DNA of 64,000 nucleotides, from positions 192,001 to 256,000 of the forward strand of contig JAXGYC010000008.1 of NCBI GenBank assembly GCA_040772485.1, given 5' to 3'. The notes beneath the pieces were generated by a model. That model was not told the DNA's origin. It saw only the letters and a program-made list of their open reading frames with translations, and did no database searches. A program made the position numbers and the translations under genes. Source of the stretch: Sedimentisphaerales bacterium (GTDB lineage Bacteria; Planctomycetota; Phycisphaerae; Sedimentisphaerales; Anaerobacaceae). Positions 30,502 to 40,644 of the stretch are shown here, piece by piece (position 1 is the stretch's first letter; every line of letters starts with the position of its first letter).

Positions 30502-31350
30502 ATGATGAAGCTGGGGATGCACGTAGACAATTGGAGGCACTTCGATGTTTCCTATCACGTTCCTTGCCAGTTCGCCAAGGACCACGGCCTCGAATACGTG
30601 GAGTTTGGCACCATTGACGGGGACTACTTCATCCAGGCATTGGGGTACAGTCCGCACATACCGCTTCATTCGGACCCACTCCAGTTGAAGCGATACTTGG
30701 ATTCCCTCGGATTGAAAATGTCCCAGCTCGATGCCGCGTATCCGATGTCCTCTCCCGAAGGCCAATACCGCGGCATCGGCTACACGCTTCGCGCGATTCA
30801 ATTCGCCAGCGCCGTCGGCTGTCCCTGCGTGGACACCACGGATGGCGCTCGCAAGCCCGCGGGATACACCGACGACGAGGTCCTGTCGCTCATGAAGCAA
30901 TACTACCGGGTCGTGTTGGAATGGGCCGAGAGGTACGAGGTCATCATCAACGTCGAGCCGCACGGACCCTATACGACCAACCCGGATACGATGGAACGAA
31001 TCCTCAGCTTCTTCGACTCACCCTACCTCAGATTGAATCTCGATACGGGCAATACGTTCATCGCTGGCCAGGATCCCGTCAGATTTCTCCAGCGGTTTCG
31101 ACACAAGCTATCCCATTGTCACATCAAGGACGTCAGCGAGGCTCTGGCGAGAGCGGCGAGAGGCCAGGAAACAGGTATCGCATCGTCCGTAGTCGCCATT
31201 GGTGAGGGCGCGAACGCCGAAAACATCGCCGGCTGCATCGAAGTGTTGAAGGAGACCCGATGGGACGGGGTCCTGTCCATTGAGTCTGAAGCAGCCCCTG
31301 GCAAGATCGAGCAGAGTATCGAGTGGTTGCGAAAGGAAATCGCCCGTTAG
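30502..31350 (+). CDS. Sugar phosphate isomerase/epimerase (TIM barrel)
   Basis: NVEPHG, NLDTGN, HCHIKD and LSIE; GAGGAG RBS. Confidence 0.88.
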   Translation: MMKLGMHVDNWRHFDVSYHVPCQFAKDHGLEYVEFGTIDGDYFIQALGYSPHIPLHSDPLQLKRYLDSLGLKMSQLDAAYPMSSPEGQYRGIGYTLRAIQFASAVGCPCVDTTDGARKPAGYTDDEVLSLMKQYYRVVLEWAERYEVIINVEPHGPYTTNPDTMERILSFFDSPYLRLNLDTGNTFIAGQDPVRFLQRFRHKLSHCHIKDVSEALARAARGQETGIASSVVAIGEGANAENIAGCIEVLKETRWDGVLSIESEAAPGKIEQSIEWLRKEIAR

Positions 31351-31637
31351 TTGGAGTGTCATAGCAGAGAAGCATGCCGATTACCCCTTGCGCAGACCTT
31401 GCTCGCGCGTCCTTCCATTCATTCATTCACAGCGACGCCTACAAGCGGAATTCCGCCCTTTCTCATGGCATACTCAGAGAAAATCCGCGGTCCTGGATAT
31501 CGCTCCATCACCCTGTTTCGAGATGACTGCCGGGTGTCAGTATCCGGAGGCCTTGAGGCCACCTGCGAATGAAGGGGGTCCGGCTCTGTGGGCAGGTGCC
31601 CCGAATCGTACTGTAGCCAAAGTCGTGTGTCAGGACG

Positions 31638-34016
31638 CTATTCTGCAACCGGTCTGCCGAAGCCGATGTCGTCGATGTAGACGGTGCCCGTGCCGCCGGC
31701 GACCGGGCTGGTCCGGTTGCCGACGCCGATGGTCATCTTCTCGACCGACGCCGGATTGACGCCGCCAAACTCACTCAGCGCGATCTGCCACGGTTGCCAC
31801 TCCGCCGCCAGGACAGCGTCCGGGTTCGCATTGCTGACGGTTGCGGTGTGCCCGGCGCGGTCTTCCAGCGTGATGTAGAGCGTCTGCGCCGAGTTCGCCG
31901 CATCGCCACGGAAGTACAGCCTCAAACTGTCGCCTCCGCCAACGGTCCAATCCTGGGCCGAATCAAAGATCCGCTCGGCTTCCGAGTAAAACGGCGAAGC
32001 CGAGTTGTCGTACTTCAGAGGCATCGACTGCCGCCCACCGTGGACGATGGTCCGCTCGGCGAACGGGGCGTTGAGGTAACCGACCGTCGAGCCGGTGTTG
32101 TTGACCCAGCCATCCAGCCAAGTGTCGAAGATCGTCGTTTTGGCATCGACGTCGTCGTTGTAGCTCTCGAAGTCATCCACCACCGCAAATTCAGCCGTCG
32201 TGAAGCTCCACAGGACGCTGGCCCACGCCGGGACGTCATCGGCCTCGTTGACCTCCTCGACCATCCAGTAGTACGTGGTGCCGAATTCCAGATCGCTTGG
32301 AACGAACGCGGCAGCGCTCACCGTCCCGGCCAGGGTCGCGGCGTCTGCGGCGGTCCCCAGATACACCTTGTGCGAGACGGCCTCGCGACCGGCGCGCCAG
32401 CTCAGAGCCGCGTCGATGGCCACGTTGGCAGCGCCGTCGGCCGGCTGCGGCTGGCGGGCTTGGGCGGGAATGAACATGAAGCGGACTTCGCTCAAGCCGT
32501 ACTGGTCCATCATGCCCCATCCGCTGTTGACGGTCAGGCGGACGTACTTGGCCGCCACACCACCGAAGCTGACGGTTGTGTTGGCTGTGTACGTGGCCTT
32601 GGCGGTGGCTTTGGCGAATTCGACGTCGCCCAGAGCGGTCCAATCGGTCCCGTCCAACGAGTACGAGACGGCCACGTCCTTGAGCCCGAAACCGAGAATC
32701 AACTCGAACTCGGCGTTGTAGTTCCACACCAGCATCTCGTGGAGCTTGTAGACGCCGTCGAACTCGTACTGAATATAGAGGTTCTCATCCGCCGGAGCGG
32801 TGGCCAGCCACATGTCCGTGGTCTTCGTGGAATGCTGGCCGTCGGCATCCAGGCCCGAGCCGTTGACGGTGTTCTCCGGCCCGGCGCCCTCCTCCGGGGT
32901 CCCATTGCTCGTCGCGGTGACGGTCTCGATTGCGTAGGCGAACGCTTCGGTCGTGAAGCTCCAGACCTCACCCTTGAAGATGCTGTTGGTCGGCGGTGCA
33001 TTGACCTCATCGACGCGCCAGTAATACGTCTGGCTGAAGCCGAGCAAGCCGGCGGGATCATACGCCGTCGCGGCCTGACCCTGGCTGAGCAGCGCACCCA
33101 TCGGATTGGTCCGGCCCGCGTCGTTGACGTCGTCGAACGCTGTCCCGAAGTACACATCGTGGGTCGCCGCGAACTCCCCTGCCTTCCAGGCCAGAACGGC
33201 GTCTCGCAAGACATCCGTTGCCTTATCGGCGGGAGCGGGCTGGGATGCCAACTCTTTGACACCAAAGATCCCCATGGCCCTGTATGCCCCGAGTTCGGCG
33301 ACCTCATGGTCCGACAGGGCGAGAGCGGCAAAGGCGAAATTATCCAGCTCGCACCCGGCGTACGCGGTGGCATCCGAATCCGAGAGGATCGTGAACTGCC
33401 CCTCGTCCTGCTGGGCGTTCGTGTACAGGCTGCTGTTGCCGTCAAGACCCTCGGCACCGAGGTTGTCAAACACCTTCATTCCATCGACATAGACATCCCG
33501 GACCCAGTTGCCATCCTCCAGCCTGCGCACCACCACCAGGCGAACCCACGTCTGCAACGGGACGACCCCAGGATCGGAATAAGAGCCCGAACCGACGGAC
33601 CCATCGGCGGCGACCCAGAAATCGGCGGCATTGTAGTTGTTATACCCCGTGTTATAGACGGGCAGCCAATCGGCATCTGTGGCCTTGAGGTCAAAGACCA
33701 TGGTGTACTCGTTTGTGTAGCCACCCCCTCCGTTCTCGACCAGGTCGTCGATATCCACCCGCAGGAAGTCATCCGGGCCCGTCTGCATGAAGATCGCCTT
33801 CCCCCCGGAGATGCGGATCGCAGCCGTCGTCGGATTGCGACGAATCAGACTGGCGGGATCCGATGCCCTGTCAGCCGGAATCTCGTGCGCCGGATCGAAG
33901 TCACGTGTGAATCTCCACTCTGCCCATGGAACTCCCTGTGGCTCGGAGAATCCATAAACTGGACGCATCGACAGCAGGCTCAGAACCAGTCCAAGGTGAA
34001 GCAGTCCCGTCTTCAT
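31638..34016 (-). CDS. Secreted LamG-like + discoidin multidomain protein, paralog of 16629-19505
   Basis: Signal peptide MKTGLL (GGAGG RBS). Different N-terminal domain but the same linker, discoidin and C-terminal GTGTVYIDDIGFGR modules. Confidence 0.85.
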   Translation of the reverse strand: MKTGLLHLGLVLSLLSMRPVYGFSEPQGVPWAEWRFTRDFDPAHEIPADRASDPASLIRRNPTTAAIRISGGKAIFMQTGPDDFLRVDIDDLVENGGGGYTNEYTMVFDLKATDADWLPVYNTGYNNYNAADFWVAADGSVGSGSYSDPGVVPLQTWVRLVVVRRLEDGNWVRDVYVDGMKVFDNLGAEGLDGNSSLYTNAQQDEGQFTILSDSDATAYAGCELDNFAFAALALSDHEVAELGAYRAMGIFGVKELASQPAPADKATDVLRDAVLAWKAGEFAATHDVYFGTAFDDVNDAGRTNPMGALLSQGQAATAYDPAGLLGFSQTYYWRVDEVNAPPTNSIFKGEVWSFTTEAFAYAIETVTATSNGTPEEGAGPENTVNGSGLDADGQHSTKTTDMWLATAPADENLYIQYEFDGVYKLHEMLVWNYNAEFELILGFGLKDVAVSYSLDGTDWTALGDVEFAKATAKATYTANTTVSFGGVAAKYVRLTVNSGWGMMDQYGLSEVRFMFIPAQARQPQPADGAANVAIDAALSWRAGREAVSHKVYLGTAADAATLAGTVSAAAFVPSDLEFGTTYYWMVEEVNEADDVPAWASVLWSFTTAEFAVVDDFESYNDDVDAKTTIFDTWLDGWVNNTGSTVGYLNAPFAERTIVHGGRQSMPLKYDNSASPFYSEAERIFDSAQDWTVGGGDSLRLYFRGDAANSAQTLYITLEDRAGHTATVSNANPDAVLAAEWQPWQIALSEFGGVNPASVEKMTIGVGNRTSPVAGGTGTVYIDDIGFGRPVAE

Positions 34017-34197
34017 TGTCCCACCTCCCAAAAGGTCCACTCAACAGGCCCACACATCGCCGACTGCGCTGCCTGGCTGCGCATGTGTGAATACGAGCAT
34101 ACCTCCCTGCGTTCGCCGGCAGAAAGGAACGCACCAGTCCCCAAGCTAATGCATTTGGGCAGATAAATCAAGATGTCGCTTTCTCTGAAGGCCACCG

Positions 34198-35061
34198 TCA
34201 ATACCTGTCGCGGAAGCTGCTCAGCCACTTCGGCCAATCCGCGTCGGAGCCGGTCATCGGATTGTCCGTGTTGTAACTCTTGTGCCACTTGAGCCTCCAA
34301 AGAGCGCGGAGCGGGACGCGGGCTGCCGAGCCGTCCAGAAACGCCGAGTTGATCGCTCCATTGTGGCGGTCGATGCAAGTCAAGCGCATCGCCTCGAATC
34401 CCCAGTCCCCCCAGGCGTTGTTCCATTCGTACGGCGGAGGCTCCTCCTCCAGAGGGGTGTTGTCGTCCTCGGGAAAGACATCGACATAGACACAGTCCAT
34501 GAACATCGGGACGTTGACGGCCCCGCGCACGCTAATCGTCCGCCAGGCCTTCTCCGACGGGAATCCCCAGAACAACGCGACGCCGGACGGTGGAGAGGAA
34601 CACCACTCGTTGAGCCCGTAGCTGCCCGTGTCGAAATCAGCCCACCAGTTGCCCGACGTCGCCGGATCGAAAGGACCCCAGCAGGCCAGAGTGCCTCCAT
34701 GGCTTCTGTTTGCGGGGCCATCTCGCACAACTCTCGTGACAGGGCAGAAGCGTATCTTCTTGTCCATGTAATAGGGCAGCGTGGCCCCGATCCAATAGGC
34801 CTCTTGCGCGCTAAGGCCACGGCCTTCGACACTTTGCGGCAGCCTGCTCTCGTTGTCGAGGGCATACAGGTGGAAGACCTGTCCCCACTGTTGGAGGTGG
34901 GACCGGCAGACAACCGCCTGCCCCATTCTTCTCGCTTTTTGCAGTGCAGGCATGAGAAGGGCGATGAGAAGGGCAAGGACAGAAACAACCACCAGCAATT
35001 CGATGAGCGTGAAGCCCCTCGGACGAGCACCCTTTGGCCACGCTGTGCTCTCAGGCACCAT
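34198..35061 (-). CDS. Prepilin-type N-terminal cleavage/methylation, H-X9-DG domain protein
   Basis: RGFTLIELLVVVSVLALLIALLMP; GSYGLN; RHNGAINSAFLDGS. Confidence 0.9.
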   Translation of the reverse strand: MVPESTAWPKGARPRGFTLIELLVVVSVLALLIALLMPALQKARRMGQAVVCRSHLQQWGQVFHLYALDNESRLPQSVEGRGLSAQEAYWIGATLPYYMDKKIRFCPVTRVVRDGPANRSHGGTLACWGPFDPATSGNWWADFDTGSYGLNEWCSSPPSGVALFWGFPSEKAWRTISVRGAVNVPMFMDCVYVDVFPEDDNTPLEEEPPPYEWNNAWGDWGFEAMRLTCIDRHNGAINSAFLDGSAARVPLRALWRLKWHKSYNTDNPMTGSDADWPKWLSSFRDRY

Positions 35062-35538
35062 AGTTGCCCCCAGGACGAGTGCGGTTTCCGTCTCGGCGAG
35101 CCTCAGCCGAGACGGCCAGGGTCTTCCATCCGACGTTCCCCAGACAACTTCGCCCGGCTATGCCTCCGGGTCGTGTTTCGACATCATACCATTGTCGCCT
35201 CCGTTGTGCCTACCGCGCTTGCGAGGTGTTTCCGGCCTTCCACGGCGAGCCTCTCACATGCATCGGCCCCGGCCTCGTCGCTCGTCGCGTCTGCTCTGCC
35301 CTGCTGATCGTGCCGGGGGCAGAATGGGGTTCGGCAATAGGGCAACTGCTGCAGAGGGAGGCATGCCGAAGAAGGAATAGGATGGTGGGTCTACGGATTC
35401 CGACATGAGAACGGGGCAGAACTGATGCCCGGAACTATTGTGGTCCGGTGCAGTGCTTGGGTATCATAGGGCACGTGGCGTGAAGGAGCATGATCTATGA
35501 AGCCAAATGGGAAATCCTGGTTGAGAGGAGACACAGCC

Positions 35539-36426
35539 ATGAATCGGACTGTTGAACGTCGTGACTTCCTGAAATACGCCGCCGTGGCGGCAGGAACTGC
35601 CGTGCTGGGGTCATCGGCCCGGGGCGAGGAGCAAGCCAAGGGGGCCAGACTGCTCAAGGCGCTGCAATCCAACATGCTGCCAAAAGATCTGCTCGACGCA
35701 CAAAAGCTCGCGCTGGCGAGAAAGTGCGGCTTCGAAGGAATCGAGCTGAATCGGCCCCTGGAGGACCTCACCGCCGCAAAGGAGTTGGGGGCCCAGGCAA
35801 AACAAGCGGGCGTACCGATCCACTCGGTCGTCAACGGCTGGGGCGGACCGTTGTCGGACCCCAGGCCGGAGAACGTGGCTAAGGGCCTGGCGGACATGGA
35901 ACTGTCGCTGCGATGTGCCAAGGCGGCGGGGGCGGACGCCGTGCTGTTGGTGCCTGCCGTTGTCAACGACGAAGTCGGCTACGGCGAGGCATGGGAGCGC
36001 TCGCAGAAGAACGTCCGAAAGCTGCTGCCGCTGGCGAAGGAACTGCAGGTGACCATCGCCGTCGAGAACGTCTGGAACAAGTTCCTCCTCAGTCCGCTGG
36101 AATTCGCGCGTTACGTGGACGAATTCAACGATCCGTGGCTGCGGGCCTACATCGACGTCGGCAATATGATCCTGTTCGGGTTTGCGCAGGATTGGATCCG
36201 CACCGTGGGCAAGCGGATCGTCAGAATCCACCTGAAGGACTTCAAGCGTCAGGGCTTTCAGTGGACGAACCTGCTGGACGGCGACGTGAACTGGCCGCAG
36301 GTCCGTAAGGCGCTGGATGAGATCGGCTACCGTGGCTACTTGACGCCGGAGCTCTCCGGTGGCGACGAGGCCTATCTGACCGACCTGTCGAAACGCGTCG
36401 ACAAGATCATCGCCATGAAGGCCTGA
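35539..36426 (+). CDS. Tat-exported sugar phosphate isomerase/epimerase
   Basis: ERRDFLK signal; VENVWNKFL, DVGN, IHLKDF and TPEL; GAGGAG RBS. Confidence 0.88.
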   Translation: MNRTVERRDFLKYAAVAAGTAVLGSSARGEEQAKGARLLKALQSNMLPKDLLDAQKLALARKCGFEGIELNRPLEDLTAAKELGAQAKQAGVPIHSVVNGWGGPLSDPRPENVAKGLADMELSLRCAKAAGADAVLLVPAVVNDEVGYGEAWERSQKNVRKLLPLAKELQVTIAVENVWNKFLLSPLEFARYVDEFNDPWLRAYIDVGNMILFGFAQDWIRTVGKRIVRIHLKDFKRQGFQWTNLLDGDVNWPQVRKALDEIGYRGYLTPELSGGDEAYLTDLSKRVDKIIAMKA

Positions 36427-36814
36427 CGCGGGCAGCTATGCTCCGTGGAGAGCAGCAGCGCACGCCAATGGACCATGATGCGTACGATCCCTGCGTTGGA
36501 CCCGCCCTGGGCTTTGCCGCATCTGGCTGTGCGATGCACGTGGGTTTCAGACCTCTCTACCGTTTGGCCGCAACCGACGTCACGACTGGAGCGTACGGCG
36601 GCAATAACTAACGCCCAGATAGAGCTTGACTGCCCCGGCGCTGCCGCGGAAGATACCTGACATGCGGCCTCCCACCGTTGGCCGCATGTTGTTCGGGAGG
36701 CGGATCGTCCGCGATCCCGAAGGGGGATGCTTTTGACGTGGTGCGGGCAAGACGGCTGTAGCGCAAACGCATGACGCACCACTCACGACGTCCGATGCAT
36801 GGGAGGTTGGAGCC

Positions 36815-37837
36815 ATGAAGACGTACGGTGTCGGCGTGTTCGGGATCGGCTGGGTCGCGGGAGAACACATCAAGGCCTACAGGCAGAATCCCCATATGAG
36901 GGTAGCGGCGCTGGCCTCGCGGCATAGGCAGTCGGCCCAAGCCGCCAAGGACAATCTGGCCCTGGACTGCGAAGTGATGGACACCTTCGACGATCTCGTG
37001 CGGCGGGATGACGTCGACGTCATCGATATCTGCTCCCCGAATGCATTGCATGCCGAGGAGGCCGTTGCCGCCGCCGAGGCGGGCAAGCACGTGGTTATTG
37101 AGAAGCCCATCGCGATGAATCTCCGAGAGCTTCAGGCGGTTCGAGACGCCGTCGTCAAAGCGAAGGTCAAGTCCCAGGTCGGCTTCGTCCTGCGTTGGAA
37201 CCCGCACATTGCGTCGATCCGCCGCATGATCGACAAGGGCGGCCTGGGTGACCTCTACTACACCGAGGTCGATTACTACCACGAGATCGGCCCCTGGTGG
37301 AGCGGATGGAGCTGGGGGGTTGCCACCCGAGAAGGCGGGCCCAGCGCCAGCCTCGTGGCCGGTTGTCATGCCGTGGACCTGCTGCGTTACTTCGGCGGCG
37401 ACGTCGAGGAAGTCTTCGCGTATGGTGCGTTTGGCCACCGCAGAGACTATGAGTACGAGCCGACCTATGCGGCCGTCGTCAAATTCCGCAACGGCAAGAT
37501 CGGCAAGACCGGTTGCAGCTTCGAAAACGAGTGCCCCTATGTTCTCAATATCGTTCTCCACGGCCACAAGGGCTCGGTCCTGAACGAGAAGTTCTATACG
37601 AAGGAGTGGTTCCCGGGTCAGAAGGGCTGGCAGCAGTTCAACAGCACCTTCGCCGAAAGCGGCGACGTGGCCCACCACCCCTTCCAGGGGATGGTGGACG
37701 ATCTGGCCGCCGCGATTGTGGAGGACCGGGAAGCAGCGGCCGGCATACAGGAAGCGTACAACTCGCACGAGCTTTGCCTGGCGATCGACCGCTCGATCGC
37801 GACCGGCCAGACCGTGAGACTGCCTTTGACCGGATGA
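36815..37837 (+). CDS. Gfo/Idh/MocA oxidoreductase
   Basis: GVFGIGWVA, ICSPNALH, IEKP and GCHAVD. Confidence 0.9.
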   Translation: MKTYGVGVFGIGWVAGEHIKAYRQNPHMRVAALASRHRQSAQAAKDNLALDCEVMDTFDDLVRRDDVDVIDICSPNALHAEEAVAAAEAGKHVVIEKPIAMNLRELQAVRDAVVKAKVKSQVGFVLRWNPHIASIRRMIDKGGLGDLYYTEVDYYHEIGPWWSGWSWGVATREGGPSASLVAGCHAVDLLRYFGGDVEEVFAYGAFGHRRDYEYEPTYAAVVKFRNGKIGKTGCSFENECPYVLNIVLHGHKGSVLNEKFYTKEWFPGQKGWQQFNSTFAESGDVAHHPFQGMVDDLAAAIVEDREAAAGIQEAYNSHELCLAIDRSIATGQTVRLPLTG

Positions 37838-37898
37838 GGCGAGAGAGGCGCCAGGGCCACCGTCAGGGCCGATTCGAACAGCGGAAAAGGAGAATGCA

Positions 37899-39173
37899 AT
37901 GGCAGAGAAACTGGCAATCGACGGTGGCCCGAAGGCCGTGACTAACACGCTGACCCCGTGGCCGCGGTTCGATGAGAATGCGATCAAGGCGGTCGAGCAG
38001 GTGCTGCGCTCGGGCAAGGTCAACTATTGGACCGGCCCCAAGGGCATGGAGTTCGAAAGGAAGTTCGCCGCCTGGCAGGGCAGCCGGTTCGCGATCAGCA
38101 CGTCCTCCGGGACCTCTGCCCTGCACGTGGCCCTCAGCGCCGTGGGGATCGGCCCGGGCGACGAGGTGATCGTCCCCAGCTACACGTTCATCGCCAGCAG
38201 CTTCTCGATCGTGCAGGCGGGTGCGATTCCACGTTTCGCCGATGTGAACCTGGACGATCACTGCATCAGCGTGGCCTCCGCTGAGAAGCTCGTCAATGAG
38301 CGGACTCGGGCGATCATGCCGGTGCACCTGTATGGAAACGTATGCGATATGGATCCTATCCTGGCGTTCGCGAAGAAGCACGACCTATTCGTCATCGAGG
38401 ACAACGCCGAGGCATTTGGCGGTGTCTACAAGGGCAAGAAGACCGGTACCTTCGGCCAAATGGCCGCATGTAGTTTTTGCCAGAACAAGACCTTCACCAC
38501 CGGCGGCGAAGGCGGGATGGTGACGACGGATGACGAAGACCTCGCTTGGAACGCCCGCAGCTTTCGCGATCACGGCTATGATGTCAAGGAGCGGCTGCAC
38601 CTGCTGGAGCTGGAACAGAAGCTGCCTTACATCCACAACATGGTGGGCTGGAATTACCGCATGACGGAGATGCAGTCGGCCATCGGCCTGACCGAGCTGG
38701 AGCGGATGGACACGTGGAATATGCCCAACCGGCGGCGCAACGCCCATATCATCATCGATGCCGTCAAGGACCTGCCCCAGATGAAGTACATGCCCGTGGA
38801 CACGCCCGAGCGGCAGAACGGCTGGTACGTGATGGCGTTCTCGCTGGACATCGAGAGCATGAGGTGCGACATCACGGAGTTCGTCGCGGCCGCCGGGGCC
38901 GAGGGGGCGCCCTGCTGGAGAGTCTTCTGGCCTCAATGCCATACGGAGAAGGCTTACACACAGCACAACGCCTTCGGACGGAGCGGGTTCCCATTCAAGT
39001 CGAAGGAATACACAGACCCGCGCAGCGCCGATTACCGTCACGTGGAGGTTCCCAACGCGATCTGGCACCAGGACCATACCTTCACCTGTTTCGCATTCCC
39101 GACGTTCACGGAGGACGACTGCCGTCAGATCGGTGCCGCCTTGAAGAAGGTGATCCAGGCCTACGGCCGGTAG
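37899..39173 (+). CDS. DegT/DnrJ/EryC1/StrS family PLP aminotransferase
   Basis: SSGTSALH, GDEVIVP.YTF.AS, PVHLYG, IEDNAEA, SFCQNKTFTTGGEGG and GWNYRM. Confidence 0.93.
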   Translation: MAEKLAIDGGPKAVTNTLTPWPRFDENAIKAVEQVLRSGKVNYWTGPKGMEFERKFAAWQGSRFAISTSSGTSALHVALSAVGIGPGDEVIVPSYTFIASSFSIVQAGAIPRFADVNLDDHCISVASAEKLVNERTRAIMPVHLYGNVCDMDPILAFAKKHDLFVIEDNAEAFGGVYKGKKTGTFGQMAACSFCQNKTFTTGGEGGMVTTDDEDLAWNARSFRDHGYDVKERLHLLELEQKLPYIHNMVGWNYRMTEMQSAIGLTELERMDTWNMPNRRRNAHIIIDAVKDLPQMKYMPVDTPERQNGWYVMAFSLDIESMRCDITEFVAAAGAEGAPCWRVFWPQCHTEKAYTQHNAFGRSGFPFKSKEYTDPRSADYRHVEVPNAIWHQDHTFTCFAFPTFTEDDCRQIGAALKKVIQAYGR

Positions 39174-39186
39174 AGGAGACCGCGCT

Positions 39187-40251
39187 ATGCGGAAGATAGG
39201 ATACGCCATCATTGGTTTCGGCGGCATCGCGGAAAACCGCATTGCGAAAGAAGGCTTCGGCATGGACGGCAGCCGCTTCGCTGGACATCCAACCGCTGTC
39301 CTGGCAGGCGTCACGGATACCAACGTCACACGCAAGGATGCCGCGTCGCGACTGGGGCTGCGGTGGTACGACTCTGTGGACGCAGTTCTCGAAGATCCAG
39401 GCGTAGACGCGGTGTTCATCGCCACGAACAACCGGTCCCATGCCCCTCTGGCACAAAAGGCCATGGAGGCCGGCAAGCATTGCCTCGTCGAGAAACCGAT
39501 CGCAACGACGTTGGACGATGCCCGGAGGCTGCAACAACTCGCGCGCCAACGGCATGTCAGCCTGGCCGTGGACCATATGATGACCGAGAACGCGTACAAC
39601 CAGCGGGCTCGCGAGCTGGTCGCGGCAGGCGCCATCGGTGAGGTCAATGACATATCGCTGCACATGGAGTTCTGCTATGGCTCTACCCCCAACGAGGCCG
39701 CCACCTGGCGATGCGCCGATCCGTTGGAGATCGGTGGGCCTGTTGGCGATGTGGGCAGTCATTGCCTCTACATGGCGGAATTTCTTCTGAACGGCACAGT
39801 GAAATCCCTGTCGTGCGTGTACACGCCGAGAACTCTGAACATTGCCGTTGAGAATGGAGCGTTTGTCCATTTCCGATTGGATACCGGCGTCCAGGGCACA
39901 GCGCAGGTGGCGTTCAATCGGCCCCGCGGTGGTCTCGGCGGAACGTTGACCAATCTCGGATACGAGATCTACGGCACAAAGGGTGTGATCCGGGGCTACG
40001 GCACGCTGTTCCAGTTGTCGGGGCATCCCGGCGAACCGGTCCCCATCCGTCTCGAACTGGATCGTTTCACAGATCCGGAGACAGTCAGACTGGACCAGGT
40101 CAGCAACATATACCAAGCGGTCATCGGTCGTCACGCTCGATCTATCCTCAACGGCGGGCTGTTAGAGGCTGAGGATGCTCTGCACAACCTCGAACTTGTG
40201 TGCGCCTGTTACGAATCTGCCGACGGGGAGGGGCGGTGGATCGACTTCTGA
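39187..40251 (+). CDS. Gfo/Idh/MocA oxidoreductase
   Basis: IIGFGGIA, FIATNN..H, VEKP and DVGSH. Confidence 0.9.
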   Translation: MRKIGYAIIGFGGIAENRIAKEGFGMDGSRFAGHPTAVLAGVTDTNVTRKDAASRLGLRWYDSVDAVLEDPGVDAVFIATNNRSHAPLAQKAMEAGKHCLVEKPIATTLDDARRLQQLARQRHVSLAVDHMMTENAYNQRARELVAAGAIGEVNDISLHMEFCYGSTPNEAATWRCADPLEIGGPVGDVGSHCLYMAEFLLNGTVKSLSCVYTPRTLNIAVENGAFVHFRLDTGVQGTAQVAFNRPRGGLGGTLTNLGYEIYGTKGVIRGYGTLFQLSGHPGEPVPIRLELDRFTDPETVRLDQVSNIYQAVIGRHARSILNGGLLEAEDALHNLELVCACYESADGEGRWIDF

Positions 40252-40644
40252 TGAACGATTGCCTGACGATAGAGATAGGGATGGAGATGAGGGCCGGTTC
40301 CTCACTGTGGAAAGGCAGACCTTGGCGCTTTGCAGGCTCGCATTCCACCTTTGGTCTGCGTCCACCTCACCTGTCTCTACAGCCTCTCGCTCCCTTTTCT
40401 TCCCCGGCTCTGCCTGCCCTTCCCCGCTCTGAAGTAGTCTGTCGTGATTCCGAAACCAGTTGTTCCGCGGGAAAAGGGAGGCAACGAACGGCCGCTGAAC
40501 CTTGTGTCACTACTATCTCGAATGCCGCGTGTGAAGAACCACAGCCCCATATGGTTGGACAAACCTCAGGCGAATCCCAGTGTCCCCCACGGCTCCGGCC
40601 CCTGTCCCGGACGGCCAGGACCTCAGGATCGCCAGTCTGGCTCC

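Noticed and set aside
40444..40500. VIPKP...GGNERPL peptide resembling group II intron RT motif 1
   Set aside because: Spacing is wrong, and no further RT motifs (PQG, YADD) or intron domain V are nearby; probably chance.
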